Positions 7,780 through 16,114 of a stretch of 21,695 nt of DNA are shown piece by piece; the first letter of the stretch is position 1, and each line of letters begins with the position of its first letter. Source of the DNA: Verrucomicrobiota bacterium (GTDB lineage: Bacteria > Verrucomicrobiota > Verrucomicrobiia > Limisphaerales > SXQI01); contig JANRLX010000023.1 of assembly GCA_033762115.1 (NCBI GenBank), positions 1 to 21,695 of the forward strand, read 5' to 3'. The translations under genes and the position numbers were made by a program. A model generated the notes under the pieces. It made no database searches, was not told where the DNA came from, and saw only the letters and a list, made by a program, of their open reading frames with translations.

Positions 7780-7954
7780 GAATTTCCTCCCTGGTTTCCC
7801 GGTCCAGCGGCAGGGCGCTCATTCTGCGGCAGAATGCCTCTCCCCTGAAAAGGCTCCAAAGCAGCGCCGCGCAAAAAACCGTGAAGAAAAGAGAAAGCGA
7901 GATGATCCCGTAAAGGCCGACCCCGCCAATCTCCTGCAAAATATTTTTAATCAT
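7769..7954 (-). CDS. ccoQ: cbb3 oxidase small subunit CcoQ-like
   Basis: 61 aa, one TM helix (YGIISLSLFFTVF), MSALPLD tail; overlaps ccoNO and ccoP at both ends. Confidence 0.8.
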   Translation of the reverse strand: MIKNILQEIGGVGLYGIISLSLFFTVFCAALLWSLFRGEAFCRRMSALPLDRETREEIHED

Positions 7955-10139
7955 GACTCACCTCCTGCGATGCGAATTTCCCTTCCATTGTCCCTCCAGC
8001 CATCCGCGTGGCCGGTTCCGGTGGGCGCGCCTTGATGTCGACGCCGAGACGTTGCAGGTAGGCGATCATTGCAATGATCTCCCGGTCTGCCTTAGCCGAA
8101 ATCGAGCCGGACTGAAGATTGGAGACGATGCTGGCTGCCTGCCGGTTCAGTTCGCCCAAAGCGACTTCTTCATAGCCTTGTGGATAGGGCACCCCGACTT
8201 TTCGCAATGCGGCGATGCGTGAGGGGAGCGAGTTGGTTTCCAGCTTTTGCGTCAGCAGCCAGGGATAAGGTGGCATGATCGAACCTGGAGAAGTCGCCTG
8301 CGGGTCCTCCATATGATTGAAGTGCCAGGCGTCGGGATATTTTCCGCCGATCCGGTGCAGGTCAGGACCTGTCCGTTTTGATCCCCAGAGAAAGGGATGG
8401 TCATAAATATATTCTCCCGATTTGGAGTACTCGCCGTAACGTTCGGTCTCTGAACGAAAAGGCCTAACCATTTGTGAGTGGCAACCCACGCATCCCTCCC
8501 TGATATAAAGGTCGCGCCCCAATAGTTCCAATGAGGTGTAAGGCTTTACTGAGGTGATGGTCGGGACGTTGCTCCGGATCAGGTACATCGGGATGATTTC
8601 CACGAGGCCACCGATGAGGACCGCGACTGTGGCAAAAATCGTCAGCAAAATCGGCCTGGATTCAAGCCAGCGATGTTTCCATGGATCATTTTCCCCTGTG
8701 AGATGGTGATGAGGTGAGAGGGGCGCAGCCTGGACCTCCACTTCAGGAACGAATTGTCCTGAACGGGCGGTTTTCCAGAGGTTGAATGCCATGATGAAAG
8801 CGCCAACCAGGTAGAGCGTGCCGCCGATTGCCCGCAGGCGGTACATCGGAATCAGTTGCAGGACGGTTTCGAGGAAGTTGGGGTATTGCATGAAGCCTTC
8901 CGGGGTGAATTGCTTCCACATTAATCCCTGGGTAACGCCGCTCCAGTACATCGGCACGACGTAGAACATCATTCCGAGGAGGGCGATCCAGAAATGCCAG
9001 TTGGCCAGTTTGATCGAGTAAAGTTTGGTGTTGTAAAGACGCGGGAACAACCAATAGAGCACGCTGAAGGTGAGGAAGCCGTTCCACCCAAGCGCACCGG
9101 TATGGACATGGGCGATGGTCCAGTCCGTGTAATGGGAGAGTGAATTGACGCTTTTGATCGCCAGGGTGGGCCCTTCGAGCGTGGCCATTCCATAAGCGGT
9201 GAGGGCAACCACCATGAACTTGAGCATTGGGTCCTGACGGACTTTGTCCCAGGCGCCACGAAGGGTCAGCAGCCCGTTGAGCATCCCGCCCCAGCTTGGC
9301 GCCACGAGCATGACGGAAAAAACCATTCCGAGTGATTGCGCCCAGTCCGGCAAGGCGGTGTAGAGGAGGTGGTGCGGTCCCGCCCAGATATAAATAAAGA
9401 TCAATGCCCAAAAATGGATGATGGATAATCGATAGGAAAAGACCGGGCGTTCGGCGGCTTTGGGGAGAAAATAGTACATGAGGCCGAGGTAGGGTGTGGT
9501 TAAAAAGAAGGCGACGGCGTTATGCCCGTACCACCATTGCACCAGCGCATCCTGGACCCCGGCGTAGATGGGATAACTTTTGAATGCGGATACGGGGACC
9601 GCGAGGGAATTGACGATGTGCAGGATGGCGACGGTGACGGCAGTGGCGATGTAAAACCAGATCGCCACGTAAATATGTTTTTCACGCCGCCGAACAATGG
9701 TGCCGAGCAAATTGACAGTGAAAGCCACCCAGACCAGGGCGATGGCAATATCGATGGGCCATTCCAGTTCCGCGTATTCCTTGCTCGTTGTGAGTCCGAG
9801 AGGAAGGGTGATGGCAGCGGCCACGATGATGGCGTTCCATCCCCAGAAATTGATCCAGCTGAGCCGATCGGAAAACATCCGGGCCTTGCACAATCGTTGC
9901 AACGAATAATAAATCCCCATGAACATTCCGTTCCCGACAAAGGCAAAAATCACCGCGTTCGTGTGCAGGGGGCGTAATCGTCCAAAGGTAGTGAACTGAA
10001 GCTTTAAGTTTGCCTCGGGCCAGAACAGCTGGACGGCGGCAAGCAGCCCTGCGGACATTCCGACCAGTCCCCAAATAATGGTGGCAATGGAAAATGCCCG
10101 GACGATCCGGTTGTCATATTTGAATGTTTCAACGCTCAT
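7947..10139 (-). CDS. ccoNO: cbb3-type cytochrome c oxidase, fused subunits I/II (CcoN-CcoO)
   Basis: FGRLRPLHTNAVIF, KEYAELEW, QWWYGHNAV, WAGPHH, IAHVH; then GRDLYIREGCVGCHSQMVRP, WGSKRTGPDL, SIMP in one 730-aa frame. Confidence 0.98.
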   Translation of the reverse strand: MSVETFKYDNRIVRAFSIATIIWGLVGMSAGLLAAVQLFWPEANLKLQFTTFGRLRPLHTNAVIFAFVGNGMFMGIYYSLQRLCKARMFSDRLSWINFWGWNAIIVAAAITLPLGLTTSKEYAELEWPIDIAIALVWVAFTVNLLGTIVRRREKHIYVAIWFYIATAVTVAILHIVNSLAVPVSAFKSYPIYAGVQDALVQWWYGHNAVAFFLTTPYLGLMYYFLPKAAERPVFSYRLSIIHFWALIFIYIWAGPHHLLYTALPDWAQSLGMVFSVMLVAPSWGGMLNGLLTLRGAWDKVRQDPMLKFMVVALTAYGMATLEGPTLAIKSVNSLSHYTDWTIAHVHTGALGWNGFLTFSVLYWLFPRLYNTKLYSIKLANWHFWIALLGMMFYVVPMYWSGVTQGLMWKQFTPEGFMQYPNFLETVLQLIPMYRLRAIGGTLYLVGAFIMAFNLWKTARSGQFVPEVEVQAAPLSPHHHLTGENDPWKHRWLESRPILLTIFATVAVLIGGLVEIIPMYLIRSNVPTITSVKPYTSLELLGRDLYIREGCVGCHSQMVRPFRSETERYGEYSKSGEYIYDHPFLWGSKRTGPDLHRIGGKYPDAWHFNHMEDPQATSPGSIMPPYPWLLTQKLETNSLPSRIAALRKVGVPYPQGYEEVALGELNRQAASIVSNLQSGSISAKADREIIAMIAYLQRLGVDIKARPPEPATRMAGGTMEGKFASQEVSHD

Positions 10140-10314
10140 GAGTTTCTTTTGCTAAAGGCCTGGGTTTGTTCGCGCTCTCCTCCTCGATAATCATCCGCAT
10201 GGAGGGTGTGCAGGTGTCATTGAACTGTCCGGAGCGCACCGCCCAGATGAATGCGCCCAAAAAGGCCGCGGCAATTGCCACGCTCAACGGAATCAGTAAA
10301 AGGATGATGCTCAT
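10129..10314 (-). CDS. ccoS: cbb3 oxidase maturation protein CcoS/FixS
   Basis: MSIILLLIPLS...FIWAVRSGQFNDTCTPSMRM signature; start at ATG 10314, 4 nt after the ccoI stop. Confidence 0.93.
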   Translation of the reverse strand: MSIILLLIPLSVAIAAAFLGAFIWAVRSGQFNDTCTPSMRMIIEEESANKPRPLAKETHER

Positions 10315-10318
10315 GGAT

Positions 10319-12832
10319 TCAGAGGTTCTCCCTGCCCGGTTCCAGCCCTGCGCGATCTCCCCACCAGCGAGTCGCCAATGATGCAAACAGCACCACTGAA
10401 ATGGAGCTCACTGGCATGAGCACAGCGCAGACGATTGGCGAGAGTTCCCCCCGGGCGGCGATGGTGATCCCGACAATGTTGTAAATTGTGGAGATGAAAA
10501 AACTGAGCCGTACAATCGTGATCGTTCCCCGGCTGAACCGGAGAATTGCGCCGAGGCGCGGAAGCATGGAGGCATCCATGATGATGTCGCTGGCGGGTGA
10601 AAAGGAGCCGATTTTCTCAACCAGCGCGATGCCCACATCACTTTGCTTGAGAGCGCCCGCGTCATTCAGGCCATCCCCGATCATGAGGACTTTTTCGCCT
10701 GAACGTTGCAATGATTGAACGGACTCCAGCTTGGTTGCGGGGCGTTGGTTGAACTCGAGCTTTCCCTCACTGCCAAACAGTTTGCGGAAGAGTTGCCGTG
10801 AACTGTCATTGTCACCGCTTAAAAGGGAAAGTTTGTATTGGGCAAGTTGCGGAAACAGTTCGGCGATTCCGGCGCGCAGCGCATTTGTGAACAGGAAAGC
10901 CCCGCGATAGGAACCCTCAATTCCCAGATGAACTTTGCTGTTTCCGAGTCGTTGTTCATCGGGAACGGCAATGCCATGCCGCATCAACCATTCCCAGGAC
11001 CCGATGCAGACCTCCCTGCGGGAAACGACTCCTTCCATGCCCCATCCCGGCAGTTCGAGGAAAGCCCGCACCGGCAGTCCGGCCCTGTCCCGCGACAACG
11101 TACGGGTCAGTTGGACCGCCAATGGGTGGGTTGAGTGTTCCGCCATCGCACGAACCAGCTGCCGTTCACTGTCGCTCAACGGTTCTCCCTCAAAATCAGC
11201 CAGGGTGGATTGTGGGATGGTCAATGTTCCGGTTTTGTCGAAGACAATCGAACTGGTCTTTGCGAGAGACTCGATCGCCTGGGCATTTTTGACATAGACA
11301 TTTTTCCGCCCGAGCAATCGCAACGCATTTCCCATCGTGAATGGGACCGCCAGAGCGAGGGCGCAGGGGCAGGCGACGATCAGCACCGAAGCGAGCGATT
11401 TCACCGCCAGGGCAGGATTGAAAACAGTCCAGTAAGCCGCCGCTGCCAGTGCAATTGCGATGATGATGATCGTGAAACGCTGGCTGTAGCGGTTAATCAG
11501 CGTGTCCAGAGATTCCTCCATTCCCTTGTGGAAGGCGGCCTGGTTCCAAAGGGAAGTCAGGTAACTTTGGGAAACGGGTTTCCGCGTCTGCAATTCGATG
11601 GCGCCACCCATCTGCCGCCCACCGGCATAGATGAGGTCACCGGTCCTCTTTTGCACGGGGGTGGCCTCTCCTGTGACAAAGCTGTAATCGAGCAGTCCAT
11701 CCCCGGAAACCAGGACTGAATCCGCAGGGACCAGTTCGCCGTTCCTGATCAGGAGGAGATCTCCGACTGCGAGTTCTGAAAGAGGTATGCTTGCTTCCAC
11801 TCCGTGCGCTTTTCGAGTTACCGCGAGAGGGAAGAAGGCCTTGAAATCGCGATCAAAGAGCAGCCGTTCATAACTTTTCTGCTGAAAGAGCCGCCCGCAG
11901 AGGAGGAAAAAAAGCAATCCGCTGAAGGAATCGAAATAGCCCTCTCCGCTCCCGCTGATCACTTCATAGGCACTTTGCGCAAAAATCACGATGATCCCTG
12001 CGACGATGGGCACTTCGATGGAAAGGACCCTGTGCCTCAGTCCCTGCAAAGCCATTTTGAAATAATCCTGCGCGCTGTAGAGCAGCACCGGGAGAGCCAG
12101 CAGCAGGCTGATGTAACCGACCAGTTTCCGCACGGCCGGTCCATCAAAGGCATCGAGCCCGAGGTAAACTGCGATGCTGAAAAGCATGCTGTTCCCGAAG
12201 GCGAACCCTGCCACGCCAAGCTGCATCCAAAGCTTTCGCGGCACACGTGGGGAACGGTCCCGCTGTTCCGGAGCACAATCGGCGAAGGTCAAGTCCGGTT
12301 CGTAACCAAGGGTCGCGAGGAGTGTCACAATTTCGCTCAAGCGGACTTTGCCGGTCTCGAAAACGATTGAGGCTTCCCTGCGGAGGAAATCGACTTCGGA
12401 CCTTCCCACTCCTGGCTGCAACCGGAAAAGATTTTCCAGCAGCCAAACGCATGCGATGCAATGGATTGTCGGGAGCCGGAAGGTCACCCGCGTGATTTTT
12501 TCATTGGAAAAATCCACCAGGTTGGGAAACACGGAAGGTGCATCGAGATAAGCAAAACGTTCAGGTGAAGCGGCGCGGGTCACCCGCACGCCTGCGTGCT
12601 GATCCAGCTTATAAAATGCTTCCAGCCCGTTTTCCTGAAGCAGTTCAAAAACAGTCAGGCACCCCTGGCAGCAGAACTGTTTCTCCTCCCTGGAGAGAGC
12701 AGATTGCCTGCAATCAGCCCCGCAATGAAAACAGGCAAGCCGATGCTCTCTGCCGGCTTTGCCTGTGGGCTGCTGAATGACTTTCTCTATTACCGTCACA
12801 ATTGAGGAGAGCCTGCGGGAACTCCTCAACAT
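10319..12832 (-). CDS. ccoI: Cu-transporting P1B ATPase CcoI/FixI
   Basis: CFHCG, FCCQGC, HMA motif CIAC, YFDS, TGE, CPC, DKTGT, HP, GDGLNDA, YN and MxxSS motifs. Start could instead be GTG 12799. Confidence 0.95.
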   Translation of the reverse strand: MLRSSRRLSSIVTVIEKVIQQPTGKAGREHRLACFHCGADCRQSALSREEKQFCCQGCLTVFELLQENGLEAFYKLDQHAGVRVTRAASPERFAYLDAPSVFPNLVDFSNEKITRVTFRLPTIHCIACVWLLENLFRLQPGVGRSEVDFLRREASIVFETGKVRLSEIVTLLATLGYEPDLTFADCAPEQRDRSPRVPRKLWMQLGVAGFAFGNSMLFSIAVYLGLDAFDGPAVRKLVGYISLLLALPVLLYSAQDYFKMALQGLRHRVLSIEVPIVAGIIVIFAQSAYEVISGSGEGYFDSFSGLLFFLLCGRLFQQKSYERLLFDRDFKAFFPLAVTRKAHGVEASIPLSELAVGDLLLIRNGELVPADSVLVSGDGLLDYSFVTGEATPVQKRTGDLIYAGGRQMGGAIELQTRKPVSQSYLTSLWNQAAFHKGMEESLDTLINRYSQRFTIIIIAIALAAAAYWTVFNPALAVKSLASVLIVACPCALALAVPFTMGNALRLLGRKNVYVKNAQAIESLAKTSSIVFDKTGTLTIPQSTLADFEGEPLSDSERQLVRAMAEHSTHPLAVQLTRTLSRDRAGLPVRAFLELPGWGMEGVVSRREVCIGSWEWLMRHGIAVPDEQRLGNSKVHLGIEGSYRGAFLFTNALRAGIAELFPQLAQYKLSLLSGDNDSSRQLFRKLFGSEGKLEFNQRPATKLESVQSLQRSGEKVLMIGDGLNDAGALKQSDVGIALVEKIGSFSPASDIIMDASMLPRLGAILRFSRGTITIVRLSFFISTIYNIVGITIAARGELSPIVCAVLMPVSSISVVLFASLATRWWGDRAGLEPGRENL

Positions 12833-12983
12833 CCGCTCACCGTATTTTGCGGTAGCTTAGCCGAATTTGGCCATTGCTTCTGACGGAAGTGCAATATTTG
12901 AGCATGCAATGCCAATGGAGGTGTAGCTGCTGAATGCGGCGGAATCTAGCGTCGGACTGGAAAATATAGCCCATGAACCTCCG

Positions 12984-13895
12984 ATGAGTAAAACTCTTAC
13001 CACCCCCGCTGATGTCGCTGCCTCTCTGGGCTTGTCCCGTGCCCGCGAGAATTTTAAAGGGAATGCCCTGCCTTACCCTCGTAATTTCATGGGGAATAAA
13101 TTTGTTTATCTGACCATTTCCCCGCGGGCACGCGGATTGTCGATTGGGATCAATTTGAACCCTGATGCATTCTGCAATTTTTCCTGCATTTATTGCGATG
13201 TGGATCGTTCGGTTCCCCGCCCCGGAATTCCATTGGATTGTGATGTTGCAGGGCGTGAGCTGGTACAAACCCTTGCCCTGGTGCAGGAGGAGGGTTTGCG
13301 CGGGATACCTCCCTACACCCAGATCCCCAGAGAACTGCTCCGGCTGCGGCATGTCGCTTTAAGCGGTGAAGGAGAACCGACTGCCAGCCCGCAATTTCTT
13401 GAAGCGGTGGAAACGGTCGTCCATATCCGGGCCCGCGCGGCATTTCCATTTTTTAAAATTGTGCTGATCACCAATGCCTCCCAATTGGATTCTCCCGCGG
13501 TGCAGGAGGGGTTGCGCCTTTTTACATTGCAGGATGAGATCTGGGCAAAGCTTGATGCCGGCACCCAGACATCTATGGATAAGATCAATCAGCCGCTTGT
13601 TCCGCTGGAAAAAATCATTTCGAACATCGTTGAATTGGGACGGAAACGGCCGGTGATCATCCAGAGTCTTTTCAGTTTGATTCATTTGAATCCGCCCACG
13701 GAGGAGGAAATCGACGAGTATATCGAACGTTTGAAAGAGATGAAACATGCGGGGGCAAATATTTCCAAGGTCCAGGTCTATTCAGCCGCCAGGCCGACAG
13801 CTTCCGGAAGGATTGAGCACCTTTCCCTGATGCAAATGTCCCAGATCGCCTCCAGGATTACCGGTGAAGCATTGCTTCCTGCGGAAGTTTTCTAA
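12984..13895 (+). CDS. Radical SAM protein of unknown function (COG0731-like)
   Basis: CNFSCIYC (CxxxCxxC), preceded by ISPRARGLSIGINL; SGEGEPT, LITNAS, KLDAG. Confidence 0.88.
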   Translation: MSKTLTTPADVAASLGLSRARENFKGNALPYPRNFMGNKFVYLTISPRARGLSIGINLNPDAFCNFSCIYCDVDRSVPRPGIPLDCDVAGRELVQTLALVQEEGLRGIPPYTQIPRELLRLRHVALSGEGEPTASPQFLEAVETVVHIRARAAFPFFKIVLITNASQLDSPAVQEGLRLFTLQDEIWAKLDAGTQTSMDKINQPLVPLEKIISNIVELGRKRPVIIQSLFSLIHLNPPTEEEIDEYIERLKEMKHAGANISKVQVYSAARPTASGRIEHLSLMQMSQIASRITGEALLPAEVF

Positions 13896-14067
13896 TTTTA
13901 CGGAGTTAATTCAATCGGCTTGAGATAAGGAAATATTTTTTCAGGCGTACGGTTTTTCCTTACGACTTCCTGCGGCAGGCGGAAGGAGAACTTTGGGGGT
14001 GGCCCAATTGTGCGGCCTGCCAGCCTTTCATACGTTGGCATGACCGAAGCAAAAAAGAGCCAAACGT

Positions 14068-14949
14068 ATGCAAAACGAAAAAAGCCTGATTGACCGCCTC
14101 ACCGAATCCAAAATTTATCATGAGTATGAGCGCGCTTTCAGTGAAGCCACGGGTCTGCCGCTTCGCCTTCGCCCTGTGGAATCCTGGCAGCTCCCGCACC
14201 ATGGCCAGCGGAAGGAGAATCGTTTTTGCGCACTGCTGGCTGAAAAGAGCCGGGCTTGCGCAGCCTGCCTGCAGGTGCAGCAGGTTCTAGCGGAAAAAGG
14301 GCGGGAAGGAAGTTGTTCGGTGACCTGTGCCGCAGGAATGAGTGATACAGCTGTGCCGGTGAAACTGGGAACACGCCTCGTTGGATTTCTCCATACCGGG
14401 CAGGTTTTCCGCAAAAAGCCTACGGAAGCCCAATTTAACAAACTCTCCGAACTGGTTCGCCAGTGGGGGTTGCAGGTGCCTCACGATGTTTTGAAGGAGG
14501 CATGGTTTCAAACCCGTGTCCTTCGGCAGCAGGAGCATGAAGCCATTGTTAAACTTCTCGAAATTTTCGCGAGCCATCTTTCCGAATTGAGCAATCAAAT
14601 CGCGGTCCAGGAAGCCAATGCCGAAATGCCCATGATCACCAGGGCAAGGCATTACATCCAGGAGCACCAGGCAGATGAGCTTTCCCTGGGGCAGGTGGCC
14701 AAAGCGGTCAATTCAAGCCCATTCTATTTTTGTAAAATGTTCAAAAAAGGGACAGGAATGAATTTCACCGAATATGTCTGTCGCGTGCGGATTGAAAGTG
14801 CCCGGCAACATTTGTTGAATCCAAATCTCCGCATCAGCGAGATTGCCTACCAGGTTGGGTTCCAGTCCCTCACTCATTTCAACCGGGTTTTCAAAAAAAT
14901 CGTGGGACAATCACCTACCGAATACCGTTCAAGCCTTGTGCTGAATTGA
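14068..14949 (+). CDS. AraC-family regulator with N-terminal PocR sensor domain
   Basis: N-terminal FSEATGL, NRFC, CAAC, TCAAGMSDTAVPV, GFLHTGQV; C-terminal double HTH LSLGQVAKAVNSSPFYFCKMFKK...ISEIAYQVGFQSLTHFNRVFKKIVGQSPTEYR. Confidence 0.92.
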   Translation: MQNEKSLIDRLTESKIYHEYERAFSEATGLPLRLRPVESWQLPHHGQRKENRFCALLAEKSRACAACLQVQQVLAEKGREGSCSVTCAAGMSDTAVPVKLGTRLVGFLHTGQVFRKKPTEAQFNKLSELVRQWGLQVPHDVLKEAWFQTRVLRQQEHEAIVKLLEIFASHLSELSNQIAVQEANAEMPMITRARHYIQEHQADELSLGQVAKAVNSSPFYFCKMFKKGTGMNFTEYVCRVRIESARQHLLNPNLRISEIAYQVGFQSLTHFNRVFKKIVGQSPTEYRSSLVLN

Positions 14950-14950
14950 T

Positions 14951-14970
14951 CCATTCGTGGCCATTCGTGG
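14951..14970 (+). repeat. Tandem 10-mer (CCATTCGTGG)x2
   Basis: Two exact adjacent copies starting 1 nt after the AraC stop, followed by ATTTTCTTT. Confidence 0.8.
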
Positions 14971-15008
14971 ATTTTCTTTCATGAAACCTCCAGTTATACT
15001 GCTCGCCA

Positions 15009-16109
15009 GTGCGAGACTTTTCAAACATGGGACACCAGGAACTGGTTGAGTATATCCATGAATTGCAACGTGGAGCTGAGGCCATGGCTGCCAGTCACCA
15101 TCGGCTTCTCTCAGAGTATAAAGCCGCCCTCGATGCGCATTCGATCGTCGCGATCACGGATCGGCGCGGGCTGATCACTTACGTGAATGACAAGTTTTGT
15201 GAAATTTCCAAGTTTTCCCGTGAGGAGTTGATCAACCAGGACCATCGCATCATCAACTCCGGACGGCATTCAAAGGGGTTTTTCAAAAACCTGTGGGGGA
15301 CTATTTCGCGCGGTGAAATCTGGAAGGGAGAAATTTGCAACCGTGCGAGGGATGGCACCTTGTATTGGGTGGACACCACGATTTTTCCATTTCTCGATTC
15401 CAGCGGAAAACCGTTTCAGTACATCGCCATCCGCACTGACATCACTTCCAAAAAAAAACAGGAGCAAGAACGAATGCACCTTGAAAAACAGATCCTCGAA
15501 ATTTCCGAGCGAGAGCGAAGGCGCATTGGCCATGACCTTCATGATGGACTGGGTCAGCATCTGACCGGAATCGAACTCATGGTGCAGGCGCTCGAACGCT
15601 CCATCGAACCCATCTCGCCGGAATGTGCAGCGAAAGCCGCCAGTATCTCCAGGCTTGTGCGGGACGCGATCCGCCAGGCAAAATCGCTCGCGCGCGGCTT
15701 GTCCCCGGTGGATTTCCAGGCCAACGGACTCACCTCAGCGCTGAGTGAACTGAGCGCCAGTCTTAGCGACATTTTTCGCGTCAACATCTCTTTCCTTGCC
15801 GGGGCCCCGGTGCTGCTCAATGACAACAGCATGGCGACGCATCTCTTTCGAATTGCCCAGGAAGCCACCAGCAACGCCGTCAAGCATGGCAATGCCAGCC
15901 AGGTCCTGATCGAACTGGACCGCGGTCCCCACGAAATTACTCTCTCTGTCACTGATGATGGCCGGGGCTTCAACCCCTCCGAAATTGAGAACGGGATGGG
16001 CTTGCGCCTCATGCATTATCGCGCTGGAATGATCGGTGGAAAGCTTTCTGTGCAAAGCCGTCCCGGTGAAGGGACCAAAGTGAGTTGCGCGGTTCCTTTT
16101 TCAGCATAA
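15009..16109 (+). CDS. Soluble PAS-domain sensor histidine kinase (HisKA_3, NarX/NreB class)
   Basis: PAS YVNDKFCEIS...DHRIINSGRH...LWGTI...WKGEICNRARDGTLYWV; H-box ERRRIGHDLHDGLGQ; FRIAQEATSNAVKH, DDGRGF, GMGL. No TM segment. Start is GTG 15009 or ATG 15027. Confidence 0.93.
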   Translation: MRDFSNMGHQELVEYIHELQRGAEAMAASHHRLLSEYKAALDAHSIVAITDRRGLITYVNDKFCEISKFSREELINQDHRIINSGRHSKGFFKNLWGTISRGEIWKGEICNRARDGTLYWVDTTIFPFLDSSGKPFQYIAIRTDITSKKKQEQERMHLEKQILEISERERRRIGHDLHDGLGQHLTGIELMVQALERSIEPISPECAAKAASISRLVRDAIRQAKSLARGLSPVDFQANGLTSALSELSASLSDIFRVNISFLAGAPVLLNDNSMATHLFRIAQEATSNAVKHGNASQVLIELDRGPHEITLSVTDDGRGFNPSEIENGMGLRLMHYRAGMIGGKLSVQSRPGEGTKVSCAVPFSA

Positions 16110-16114
16110 AACCT

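Noticed and set aside
12873..12895. Imperfect inverted repeat ATTGCTTC...GAAGTGCAAT in the divergent promoter region
   Set aside because: Needs a 2-nt bulge and matches no site I recognise; may be chance.
12837..13352. 171-aa minus-strand ORF ending just before ccoI
   Set aside because: Mostly antisense to the radical SAM gene and spans the divergent promoter region; no motifs.
12984..13895. Calling the radical SAM gene hemN or tyw1
   Set aside because: Too short and lacks HemN motifs such as HIPFC; TYW1 wyosine synthesis is archaeal/eukaryotic and the similarity is only family-level.
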